Shown piece by piece: positions 1 through 11,675 of a stretch of 64,000 nucleotides of DNA (the stretch's first letter is position 1; the number at the start of each line of letters is the position of its first letter). The notes below the pieces were generated by a model. The model was not told the DNA's origin. It saw only the letters and a program-made list of their open reading frames with translations, and ran no database searches. The DNA comes from Hemiscyllium ocellatum (taxonomy: Eukaryota): the NCBI RefSeq assembly GCF_020745735.1, contig NC_083413.1, positions 64,914,001-64,978,000 of the forward strand, read 5' to 3'. The position numbers were made by a program, and so were the translations under genes.

Positions 1-1262
1 TGGTCAATGGTAATCCCCCAGGATATTGATAGTGGGGGAGTCAGTGATGGCAAAGCCACTGAATGTCAGTGGGTTGCTTCTTAGATTATCTCTTGTAGGA
101 GAGGTTCATTACGTGGCATTTATGTAGCACAAACATTAATTGCCACTTATCAGTCTAAGCCTGTGTATTGTCCAGATCTTGGTGAATTTGGACAGGGACT
201 TTTCAGTAGCTGAGAAGTCACAAATGGTGCTGTACATTGTACAATCATCAGTGAACATCCCCACGTCTGACCTGATGATAGAGGGAACATCATTGTTGAA
301 GCAGCCGAAAATGGTTGGGCCTTGGCCATGACCCTGAGGAACTCCTGCAGAGATTCCTGGAGCTGAGATGACTGAACTCTAGCAACCACAACCATCCTCC
401 AATTTGTCAGGCGACCAACAGCATTATTTTGTTTCTGTTTCTTTTCTCAGTTTGAGCTGGAGATTTACGGGAAATGGGGGCTTGTTTGTTTATGAAAAAT
501 AATGGTTTTAACATCCTGTTTCACAATTCTACACTTCCTGTTAGAGATAGCTTATTTGACTAATTGCAGGTGTGAAAGGAACTTACAGTGGTGGATTCAT
601 TTCCTTTCTCATTTTCTACTCCGCATCCTCCTATTTCAAAGGCCGTAACCTTGAAGTGCAGCAGTAACACTTTTGAGATATGGTGAGATATGGGATGGTC
701 TGTTTCTGTCACTGAAAACTGGGAGAATGAAAACGAAGTCACACACCAAGCCCATAGCAAGAGCAGGAGGAAAGGCTGTTCTCAGTGTATTTCATTTTGA
801 TACGTAAAAACAGGTGAAAAGCGCTTTTTGGATGGGCATGGGAATAATCATCATTTGAAATTCCCCATCAGGTCACACACCATTTTGACTGGGACGTGAC
901 CCATTGTTTCTTCACCAACTCTGGACTGAAATTCTGCAACATTCTCCCCAACACTCTGTGGGATTACCTACACTGCAGAAACTGTTCAATAGAGAAGCTC
1001 CCCAGGAGCTTGCAGTTGGGGGCAGGGCAACAAATCAGGAATGAGGTGTTCTGGAAGGTTGGAGCACCATGGAAATTTGGTGCCTATTTTGGTTTCAGTT
1101 CAAAGATGGCAAGGTTTTTTTTGTGGTTCATATGGTTGTAAGGCCGCATTATAAACTTCAGCTTCAACTGGGCAGAGACAGGGAGTCAGCAACAGTGTAA
1201 ACTGAGGGCCAAGATTGGGGGATAGTGAGCCTAATGCATAGGAGCAGAGTGAATCTATTAGA

Positions 1263-1593
1263 GCATAGAATCATAGACTCCCCAGTGGGGAAGCAGGCCA
1301 CTTGGCCCATTGCATCCACACACACCCGTTGAAGAACATCTCACCCACACCCACTCCATTTCTGTGGCCCTGTATTTCCGACAGCTAATCCACTTAATTT
1401 GCACATCCCTGGACTTATGGGCAATTTAGCATTGCCAGACTGCCTAACCAGGACTGTGGAAGAAAACAGGAGTACCCAGAGGTAACCCATGCAGACATGG
1501 TGAGAATGTGTAAACTCCACAAGGCCAGAATTAAACCTGACTCTCTGGCTGTGTAAGGCAGCAGAGCTAACCACTGAGCCAGTATGCCACCCC
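1263..1593 (-). mobile_element. HE1-type tRNA-derived SINE, diverged (duplicated at 12526-12856)
   Basis: Minus-strand A-box GGCTCAGTGGTTAGC, HE1 core and CR1-like tail. Confidence 0.75.
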
Positions 1594-2547
1594 GAGTACA
1601 GTAAGGAGAGGTGACTTAGAAGGGTCCTCAAGTGAAGCCATATTGGTAGAACTTAAAATCCAAAAAGGACAGTCACATTGCTGGAAATATAACAAAGAAA
1701 GTCTAAGAGAAATGGAAGAACAGGTATGCAGGCAAATTTCAGAAAGGTGCAGAGGTAATTGAGTAGTGATAGTGGGGAATTTCAATTTCCTCAACATTAG
1801 CAGGGGTAGTCATAGTGTGAAATGTTTAGAGGGAGCAGAATTCTTAAAATGTATGGAAGAGAGATTGTAAGCCAGTATGTAGAATGCAACACAACAGAGG
1901 GGCAGACATTGACTTAATATCAGGGAATGAAGCAAGACGAGTTTTAATATTCACCAACTTTACAGGCAATGAGTTCCAGATTTTCACCAACCTCAGTGAA
2001 AAAAAAAATCATGTCCCCTTTAAACCTTCTACGAGCTACCTTAAATCTAAGCCCTCTGAACATTGACCTCCCCTGACTATTGGCTGTCATAATCTCAATC
2101 ATGTCTTGGTCTCCTCTGTTCCAAGGAAGACAACCACAGTCCACCCAATCTCTATTCATCATTAAAACTCTCCTTTCCGGTGTAACCACGTCTGACCTAT
2201 AACGTGGATTCCAAACTATACACAATATTCTAGCTTTGGCCTAATCAGTGTTTTATACAATTCCACCATAATATCTGCAGCTTCTTGACCATCTAGTGCT
2301 CTGACCCGTGACAAGTTGCCTGCTGCTCTCTGTGTGTTAATAAGCAATGCAAGCCACAGAGGCTGGCACATTCTCAGTACAAAATAAAAGACTGGTAAGA
2401 AAGAATGCTAAGATACATCCTGGAGATGCATGAGTGGATGCGTGAGTAGATGGATGTCCTTGCAGCAAAGTGACTTTGCAGAATGATGCAAGTCATAAGT
2501 GCCACTCAACACCAATGTCAAGTCCTGGAGGACTGAAGTGATTTGAA

Positions 2548-2642
2548 TTTTGGATTAGTGGTGCTGGAAGAGCACAGCAGTTCAGGCAGCATCCAAACAG
2601 CAGCAAAATCGACGTTTCGGGCAAAAGCCCTTCATCAGGAAT
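2548..2642 (-). mobile_element. 95-bp Penelope-type insertion with minimal hammerhead and 12-bp TSD (duplicated at ~13811-13905)
   Basis: Minus strand CCTGATGAAGGGCTTTTGCCCGAAACGTC (2611-2639). TSD aagtgatttgaa at 2536-2547 and 2643-2654. Confidence 0.8.
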
Positions 2643-3304
2643 AAGTGATTTGAAAGCAGGCATGATGATGTGGTGAGGCTAATGGCTTGGTGAGGTCAAC
2701 ATGCATGGATGGAGGATGGAGGAGAATGTTGTGCTTGGGGCCGCAGGGACATATTGGAGAAGACAGAGTAGTCTGGAGCCCAGGAGAAGCAAGCAGCGAG
2801 CTGATGCCATCCGTAACTGCTTTGACTTTCATGTTGGGAATTGGTCCTCTCTCATTTCTCAGGGAAGTGGAGAATTGGGAACTGCAAAGAATTGAATCAA
2901 GCTGAGCAAATAATAAAATGTAAATGCATGGAAATAAGGTAGTCACCACTCATTAATGAGACCATTGAGAACCTGATTTTTCCATTTGTTGTTGTAATTT
3001 ATCATCTTTCTCACCATTGCCCATGTGGTGGAAGGAGAGGAAAATTCAACCACATAAAAATCTATGCACACTAGATCGTATAGGTTTCTGAATCTTTGCC
3101 AAAAAATGATTTTGAAAAAGTTGCCTCCATCCGGTAATCCAAAAAAATTACTTCTTGAAACACCTTTGTACTCCCTGCGGTAAAGTCACTCAATGATACA
3201 CGATGAGGTCATTCAATATGATGTATTGATGTGCTCATCTGTCAATGGCTGAATATGCCAAAGCAGTGGGATGTGCACTCACTTTCACATAAGGAAGAAG
3301 TCAT

Positions 3305-3611
3305 GATTAGATTAGATTATTTACAGTGTGGAAACAGGCCCTTTGGCCCAACAAGTCCACAACGACCCGCAACCCACCCATACCCCTACATTTACCCCTT
3401 ACCTAACACTACGAGCAATTTAGCATGGCCAATTCACCTGACCCGCACATCTTTGGACTGTGGGAGGAAACCGGAGCACCCGGAGGAAACCCACGCATAC
3501 ACAGGGAGAACATGCAAACTCCCCACAGTCAGTCGCCTGAGTCAGGAATTGAACCCGGGTCTCAGGCGCTGTGAGGCAGCAGTGCTAACCACTGTGCCAC
3601 CGTGCCATCCA
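3305..3611 (-). mobile_element. HE1-type SINE (duplicated at 14568-14874)
   Basis: GGCACGGTGGCACAGTGGTTAGCACTGCTGCCTCACAG..GGTTCAATTCC A/B boxes; (tctaa)n tail. Confidence 0.92.
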
Positions 3612-3960
3612 CAATGATCTTTGTGTACCATTCAGGTTCCCTCCTTGAGAGATGTAGTCAGCAACTTAAACTGCAGCTCACAGCTATTAATAGGGATCAT
3701 TTCTCCTTTGTAAACTTGCCATTAAAAATGGGCTATTTTGTACATTTTTCCTTAGTGAGAAGATAGTATAATGATATGTTGCACCTGAAGAAAAGGGAAA
3801 GGAAACTCTTAAGGGAGTTAGAAACCATAAGTAAGAGCCATTTCTGGAGGTTTTTTGCCCAAGGAGATTGTGCTTGAGCTGTATTGGGTCATAAAGTCAA
3901 TAAGAACAACATTGCTCTTGTGCACCACAGGATCCACAAGGATGGCATGTTTCTCTGTGC

Positions 3961-4155
3961 GGAGAAAGTGAGGACTGCAGATGCTGGAGATCAGAGCTGA
4001 AAATGTGTTGCTGGAAAAGCGCAGCAGATCAGGCAGCATCCAAGGAGCAGGAGATTCAGGAATCCTGAAGAAGGGCTTATGCCCGAAACGTCGAATCTCC
4101 TGTTCCTTGAATGCTGCCTGACCTGCTGCGCTTTTCTAGCAACACATTTTCAGCT
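3961..4155. mobile_element. Palindromic Penelope-type mini-element with hammerhead core and 15-16 bp TSD (duplicated at ~15224-15445)
   Basis: Inverted arms gctggaaaagcgcagcag.. / ..ctgctgcgcttttctagc. CTGAAGA-AGGGCTTATGCCC-GAAACGTC at 4065-4092. TSD catgtttctctgtgc at 3946 and 4156. Confidence 0.8.
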
Positions 4156-4965
4156 CATGTTTCTCTGTGCGTCAAGATACAGAGCTGACACCTTGAAATA
4201 CTTGTTCTGCTTGCAAATCAGCAAATTAGTGATGAGCAAAAGATTTTTATGTTTTGAGGACATGGCATAATATTTGCAAAATCATCATTTCTGGGATGGT
4301 GTAAGTGTTTGCTACGTGCACCTATAGTTTTGGAACAATATTTCCCCGGAATGCCTATACTATGTCCTGAGTGCAGCTTTGTGAAAGTTGAAATTGTAGT
4401 CAGAAGGTACATTGTGGGTTTCCTAAATTGTGTGGCCCTCAACTAGATATCTTATAGAAGGCCAGGCTTTTGCAATATAAAGGAATGGTAACACTAAATG
4501 TCAAGGAAGGGCATCTAGTGGTGGATAATGGATGAGGAGGAAAAGATCTCCACATAGTACAGTTCTTTTCTGTAATGCTTAACTTCAAAAGATCAGCCAT
4601 GATTGTATTGAATGGTAGAGCAGGCTCAGGGGAGTGAATTGCTTACTCCTGGTCCTAGTTCTGATGTTTTTATGTGCCCTGTATGCTAACAATGATTGTA
4701 TGAGGAAGATGCATTTTAGGAGGAATAAAGCAGCTCTCCATTTCATTATCACACAATATCGTCCACATGAGTTTGTTTTATGGGGAAAAGTAAATGAAGA
4801 ACAATAACATCCATGCATCAATCTGTGGGTATAGTTCCGTTAACAGGCAAGTGTTTTTGTTCCAGCAAAATGAATGATTTCAGAGATATTGCATTGATGA
4901 TCATGCTGCTATCGTTGCAGCTTTTCCCTATTTTATTATCATTCTAGCTTGCTGTGTTACTCGGA

Positions 4966-5203
4966 GTGGCACGGTGGCACAGTGGTTAGCACTGCTGCCA
5001 CACAGCACAAGAGACCCAGGTTTGATTCCCACCTCAGGCAACTATCTGTGTGGAGTATGGACATTCTCCCCATGTCTGTGCGGGTTTCCTTTGGATGCTC
5101 CGGTTTCCTCCCACAATCCAAAATGTGCAGGTTAGGTGAACTGGCCATGCTAAATTGCCCGCAGTGTTAGGTGTAGGGAAATGGGTCTGGGTGGGTTGCT
5201 CTT
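4966..5203 (+). mobile_element. HE1-type SINE, 3' truncated (duplicated at 16256-16493)
   Basis: Same head and core as the other copies. Confidence 0.88.
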
Positions 5204-5367
5204 ACTTTAATCTACTTCCCTTCTGCGGAGAGCGAGCCAGTGCAGGGGACATTAAGAGCATGGGAAGAGCAAGCACAGTGCAGGGCATTAAGCCCACTGT
5301 GACTGTGTTAGAGGTATCCTGGCATCAGCGGCGGTGACCTGAGATCACCTGGCCTCTGAGGCAGGGA

Positions 5368-5583
5368 GTGTAGTGCTGGAAAAGCACAGCAGGTCAGGCA
5401 GCATCCGAGAAGCAGGAGAATCGACGTTTTGGGCATCAGCCTTTCATCATTCCTGATGAAGGGTTTGAGCCCGAAATGTCGATTCTCCTGCTCCTCGGAT
5501 GCAGCCTGACCTGCTGCCCTTTTCCAGCACCACATTCTCGAATCTGATCTCCAGCATCTGCAGTCCTCGCTTTCTCCTCTGCA
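5368..5583. mobile_element. Palindromic Penelope-type mini-element (duplicated at ~16659-16874)
   Basis: Inverted arms; CTGATGA-AGGGTTTGAGCCC-GAAA at 5453-5476; flanking gcagggag repeat. Confidence 0.75.
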
Positions 5584-7413
5584 GCAGGGAGAGCAAGTCC
5601 AACATGGAAGAGATCGAACCCTGTGTGGAGTACAAAGTTAAAAATTACACAACACCAGGTTATAGTCCAACAGGTTTATTTGGAATTACAAGCTTTTGGA
5701 GCACTGCTTCTTCATCAGGTAGCTAGTGGGGCAGAATCATAGGGCACAGAATTTATAGCAAAACATCATAGTGTCATCCAACTGATGTGATATATCGAAC
5801 AAACCACGATTGCTGTTAAGTCTCCACTTCCACACCTGTGGGGAATGCAAGCCCAGCATGGCTAAACTCTTAGGAAGGTCTGCAATATTGAACTTTTGAC
5901 TATGTTTCCTTATATTTCTCCTTTATACCTAATCACCCTTGTACCTAAGATGGCACTGGAAATGGTGATATTGTCCACTGTTGTATCATTGTACTTGGAT
6001 ACAGTGGCAATAAAAATTCAACTCTAATTCTAAGTCACAACCGATGACAGCTGAGCTCTCTCAGTATTTCAGGCATATAATTATTTCTGGTATGAGTTTT
6101 TGGTTCCTTAAGTAGCTTCAGATTAAAAAAATGGTTATTCTGGTTAGAGGACGGTAGACCCTGATTTACTTTTCTACCAGGTTCAATTGTTCTTTCTTTG
6201 AGAGTTTTCTAAACAGATCTATGGGAGCTTTTAATGAGAGAACAACAGAGCTTCAGTTTAATACCCTGTCTGAAGTATGTCCCCTCCAACAGAACATCTG
6301 TCTCCAAGTTCTGCACGAGATTGTCAGCCTAGATGTTTGCAGTCACATCTCCGGAATGGGCCTGGAACCCAGATCTTTTGATTTAGAAGATGAATGCTAT
6401 CAATTAACTGAGCCACTACAGATGCAACAGAAATAAAATGCCTCACAGGCAAAGTAGACCAACTGTAATTAATAGTGCCAGTTAAAGGTAGTATTCAACA
6501 AAAGGAGGAGATGCGTATGCTGTTTAACAGAATAGAATGCTTCAAGGCTTAGAACAATTTTAGAATTTAGTGAAAGGTGACCAAGAATTTGATAAAAAAG
6601 AAAGTATGCAAGAGACAAGTTGTCCGTGATATGTACAGGTGAAGAGTCTTAGTTTAAGCTGAGGAATGAAAAACAGTCCCTGAAGATGATTGTTGCACAA
6701 GACCTTCACCTTAAACTCCTCCTGCCTTTATAGACAGCTTGTTGTCATCCTTTTTCCCCTCTGTAAAAATCTGTGAAAGCCATAACTGTGGGAAAAAGGT
6801 CTGACCAGAATCCTTGAATTCCAAACCAAAGTTGTCACCATTTGCAACACTATCCCATATCAACTTTGCCAACTTTAAATAGCACAAGAAACCTCAGTAA
6901 TTCCACAGACTCAGGGATCATGAAGGATTTATTGCACAACTAAATTAACATAGTTGATGATCTCTTTAAGTAAATTGTTGGGGAAAGGGGATGGTATCAG
7001 AAGAAGGCTAACAAGCTGTTGAAAGCACATTTTTAGTTGGATATGTTGAAGAGAGCATGTTAGTTGAAGGAATGAAGTTCAAAATGGTAGCAAGAGTATC
7101 AATTCAACCTTACATACTGATTGATAATCTGCCTCCAGTGTGCATTTCATACAGTACACTCTTACAGTTCTTTCTCAACACTTCAAACATTGGTGTCCAG
7201 CATGCAACAGATGGAAGTGTTTGTGTGTTTAGTGTGATTGCCATTTTGTTCCCAAAAGGCACCCTTAATATTAAAACTATCGATGCATTAGACTTGAATT
7301 TTGCGGTCTTAAAAATGATTGGGCTTTACCAGAACCATGTATGGATTGTTATCTGCAGTTGAGGTCTCTTCATCCAGTGGGATTGAAAGAAATTTCTGTT
7401 AATTAAATTTGAC

Positions 7414-8195
7414 GTGCTGCATTTTGGAAAGGCAAATCAGGACATGACTTATACACTTAATGATAAAACCCTGGGGAGTGTTGCTGAACAAAGAGACCTT
7501 GGAGTGCAGGCTCATAATTCCTTGAAAGTGAAGTTGCAGGTAGATAGGATAGTGAAGAAGGCGTTTGGTATGTTTTCCATTTTTGGTCAGACCATTGAGT
7601 ACAGGAGTTGGGAAGTTGTATTGCAGCTGTACAGGACATTGGCGAAGCTACTTTCAGAATATTGCATGCAATTCTGGTCTCCCTCCTGTCGGAAGGATGT
7701 TGTGAAACTTGAAAGGGTTCAGAAAAGATTTATGAAGATGTTGCCAGGGTTGGAGGATTTGAGCTATGGGAAAGACCAAATAGACTGGAGCTGTTTTCCT
7801 GGAGTGTTGGGGGCTGAGGGGTGTTCTTATTGAGGTTTATCAAATCATGAGAGACATGGATAGGGTAAATAGACAAGGTCTTTTCCCTGGGGTGGGAGTG
7901 TCCTGAACTAGAGGGCATAGCTTTATGGTGAGAGGGGAAAAATTTAAAAGGGACCTAAGGGGCAACTTTTTCACACAATGGGTGGTGCGTTTGTCGAATG
8001 AGCTGCCAGAGGAAGTGGTGGAGACTGGTATAATTACAACATTTAAAAGGTATCTGGATGAGTATATGAATAAGAAAGGATCAGAGGATATGGACCAAGT
8101 GCTGGCAAATAGGACTAGATTAGGTTAGGATATCTGGTCGGCATGCACGAGTTGGAGTGAAGGGTCTGTTTCCCTGTTGTACATCTCTATGACCC
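7414..8195 (+). mobile_element. CR1 3' fragment
   Basis: LHFGKANQ..RDLGVQ..LYRTL..LERVQKRF..LRGNFFTQ motifs and a CR1 3'UTR ending tctctatgac. Confidence 0.9.
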
Positions 8196-9824
8196 TCACA
8201 CACTAAGAATGGACTTGCTTCACTTCCTTCCTAAAGCATGGTATCCAGATTGTAATGCAACTTGAGCTGAAATAGTCATTTATAAAGGCTTCGCACAACT
8301 TCCTAGCTTTGTATTCTGGGCCTCTATTTATAAATCCAAAATCCCATTTCTTTTATTGACTCCTTTGTTGAACTTTGCGCCTTATAACATTTGTGTGCAT
8401 AATTTGTATGTCTCCCTTGTTTTGCACCCTCTTCAAGATTGGGCCATGTAGTATATATTGCCTCACTTCATTCTTCTGGCCTATATACACACTAGCCCAT
8501 ACTTCTGTGCCTCATTTCAGTTGCCATATATTGCGCATTCAACCAAACTATGTGCCTTCACCTGAATAGCAATTAACCTTCCTATATCTTATATTACATA
8601 TCATTAATAATACTGGACCTGCTGCTAAACCTTCTAGAACCTTCTCCCTGTGTGGCTGTTCAACCTGAAAAATAACCATGTATCCACCAGCCCCTAACCA
8701 ATTTTATACACATGCTGCTAGATTCTCCTTTAACCTTAGGCTTCACTTTTGCTTACAAGTCGAACATCTCACACTCTATCAACTGTCCTTTGAAAGTTTT
8801 AGATGTGAGTAATTTTTTGACGTTATCACTTTTATTCATCAGCATTTCACATAACTTTGGAGAAACTTATCATAAAACGATTGTATTTTGATAGTTAACC
8901 ATCTTATTTTAAAATATGTGTTCTATACCCTAACAACTCGGTGTGTGAAAAAGTTTTTTTTCCTGACATCTCTTTTGCTTATTGTACCCTTCGATCTTGT
9001 TCCTCTAATGAAGGGAACAGTTTTTCCCCATTTACACTATCCAACCCATTCATGATTTTGAAAGTCTATTGATTTTCCTCTCAGTTTTCTTCGCTCCGAG
9101 GAGAACAGCCCAATTGATTATTTCTACTTCCGTTTCTCCTGTGAAATCACAAAGTTTCAACTCTTAGTCTCCTTATGGTTGAAAAATGTAGAGAAAGACA
9201 AAGGAAGGAGTATTTCCCACTCCTTGTCACCAAACTCGATTTTCAACTGAATCGCTGTGCTCTCACCCCATAATCAAGGTACTCTATGTCAATGGACTTA
9301 ACCTGCCTGCAGGAAGAGGAACCTGGCAAAAGGATGCAAGTTCTATCTGTAGCTTGGTTCTAAATTGAAGATCTAAAGTAGTGTGAGAGGTGGTCTGAAA
9401 AGCCATGATGATGTGGTGAGGTAGTTTCGCAATGTCCACTTACATGAATGATAGGTGGAAAATAACAGTATCCATGGACATGCAGTGGCACGGTTGAATC
9501 TAGAGTCATCTGAAATCCTGGAGAAATAAATAGTTAGTTAACCATTCTGATGTTTTGGTCAGGAATTGCATAAAAAGGAGCAACAAAAGGAGCATTGAGA
9601 ACTGCATAGAAATGGGGTGAGTTTAGTTCATATTGAGATGTAAATGCTGAGAAATAAAGTAGTCTTTGCACATTCGTGAGACTGAGAACTCGAGACTTAA
9701 AACCTCATGAGAAAAACTGCATTTTTTTTGTTTTGTCATTTTCGCTACATTTTTCCAACATTTTTGCCATTGCACACTTCGCTTGAGGGAGTCGAAAATT
9801 CCATCTCTCCCATACCCATCTTTC

Positions 9825-10480
9825 CTTTTGAATACTACCTCGTGATCAAGGGAGAAGAAGATAGTAAATAGACCAGTTGTCCAAGAAAGGTGAACAATTT
9901 CCCAGACTGAAGGGGATGATACTGTGGATACTCCATTTCTTGACAGTGTGGTACTAGTTCAGGTAGATCATATGCTTCAGTGTGGTGCCAAGGTGAGACA
10001 ACATAGCCCTGGCAAAGATTCAATAATCCATTCTGAATAGTTAGATTGGATGCCAGTTTTTCCAAAAGGAGAGATCCTATATCAGAGGCAACAGGACAAT
10101 GACGGCGCTGCCCCACAAGATGGGAATCTCTCTGGTTGTGAAACATTCCTGCAGGAACCATGGGTAGTACTTCCCCGGATTGTCCCAGAATGCCTTATAA
10201 AATTCCACAGCCAACCTGCCCAGCTGAGAAAATGTGTCCCTTCAGAGCTCGTTGAGGGCCCCAGTTGGCTGTGCCAAGCTGAGCTGAGCATTAAGTTTTT
10301 CAACAGGCCTCAGACTGACCTGAGACAGGTCCTCTAGCAGAACTCTGCAAGCATTCTCACTGGAAAAATAGAACACAAATAGGTTCCAATCTTAGCTCCG
10401 ATTCTCTCTCTGCCTCCAAGAGGAAGGCTATTTTGTTGGCCTCCTGTGTAAATACCTGTTTACAGAATCCATGCCATTTT
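9825..10480 (-). mobile_element. Degenerate Tx1/L1-clade RT fragment
   Basis: Minus-strand translation with stops: LAVEFYKAFWD...SAVIVLLP..DL..WKNWHPI*L..MDY*IFARAM..L...LKHMI...FFSLDHE..F, matching Tx1-type RT domains 0-3. Confidence 0.8.
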
Positions 10481-10649
10481 TTTCCCCAGTGAATAGAAAG
10501 GGTAGCTGCAGTCCCAGAGGAATTGAATTTGCAAACTCTTGTACACAGTTTAGGACCCAAGGAATTCAAGGCTTCTCAGCACAGCCTTCCCTTTATATTA
10601 CTTCAGCAGGATCAGGTCTACAATGGCCTGGAATGAGACTTTTTTTTAA

Positions 10650-11675
10650 CATATTTTTGCTGGGGTGTGAGCATCTTTGACTGGCCAGCTTTTAGTGTCC
10701 ATATCTAGCTGTCCTTGCGAAAGGCTTGGTGAGCTGCCTTCTTGAAGTGCTGCAGTGTCTGTGCTGTAAGTAGACCCACAATATGTTTAAGGAGGAAATT
10801 CCAGCATTTTCACCCACCAACAGTGAAGGAATGGGGATATATTTCCAAGTCAGGATGATGAGTGGTTTGGAAGAGAATTTGTATATGCTGGTATTTGCTG
10901 CCTTGACCTTCCAAATAAAAGTAGTTGTGGGTTTGAAAGATTCTAAGGATCTTGACAAATTCCTGCAGTGGGTCTTGTGCATAGTAGCCACTGCTGATAG
11001 TGAGTGTCAGTGGTGGAGGAAGTGAATGAAAGTGCCAATCAAGCAGACTGCTTTATCCCAGATGGTGACAAGCTTCTTGAATATTGTTGGAGATACACGC
11101 ATCCAGGTAGTTGGGGAGTATCCATCACACTCCTGACTGGTGCCTTGTTGATGGTAGACAGGCTTTGGGGAATCAGGAGGTGAGTTACTCAGCATAAAGT
11201 ATTTCTAACCTCTGAGCTGCTTTTGGAGCTGCTGTATGAATGTGGCAAGTCCAGTTGAGCTTCTGGTCAATGGTAATCCCCCAGGATATTGATAGTGGGG
11301 GAGTCAGTGATGGCAAAGCCACTGAATGTCAGTGGGTTGCTTCTTAGATTATCTCTTGTAGGAGAGGTTCATTACGTGGCATTTATGTAGCACAAACATT
11401 AATTGCCACTTATCAGTCTAAGCCTGTGTATTGTCCAGATCTTGGTGAATTTGGACAGGGACTTTTCAGTAGCTGAGAAGTCACAAATGGTGCTGTACAT
11501 TGTACAATCATCAGTGAACATCCCCACGTCTGACCTGATGATAGAGGGAACATCATTGTTGAAGCAGCCGAAAATGGTTGGGCCTTGGCCATGACCCTGA
11601 GGAACTCCTGCAGAGATTCCTGGAGCTGAGATGACTGAACTCTAGCAACCACAACCATCCTCCAATTTGTCAGGC
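10650..11675 (-). mobile_element. Degenerate CR1/L2-like LINE 3' fragment (its right part is duplicated at 1-410)
   Basis: Minus-strand RT remnants (the ...ISAGVPQG... motif corresponds to plus ccctgaggaactcctgcagagat) followed by a 3'UTR-like tail that recurs elsewhere in the window (51760-52050). Confidence 0.6.

Larger units (their letters stand above)
1..7413 (+). repeat. Segmental/tandem duplication copy A (left end beyond the window)
   Basis: Position 1 (tggtcaatggtaatcccccagg) recurs at 11264. Paired ORF-track entries sit at offsets of 11263-11291. Homology ends at ...aaatttgac 7413. Confidence 0.97.

Noticed and set aside
3231-3617. Recurrent ORFs containing DCGRKPEHPEETHAD.. and tRNA-like A/B boxes
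   Set aside because: Translations of HE1 SINE copies; these are not proteins or genuine tRNA genes.
7057-7362. 101-aa ORF present in both duplicate copies (also 18348-18653)
   Set aside because: No recognisable domain or splice signals. Its retention is explained by the recent duplication, and many of the differences change amino acids.
9835-10337. Overlapping ORFs as a possible host exon
   Set aside because: Shadow frames of a stop-riddled Tx1/L1 RT fragment.
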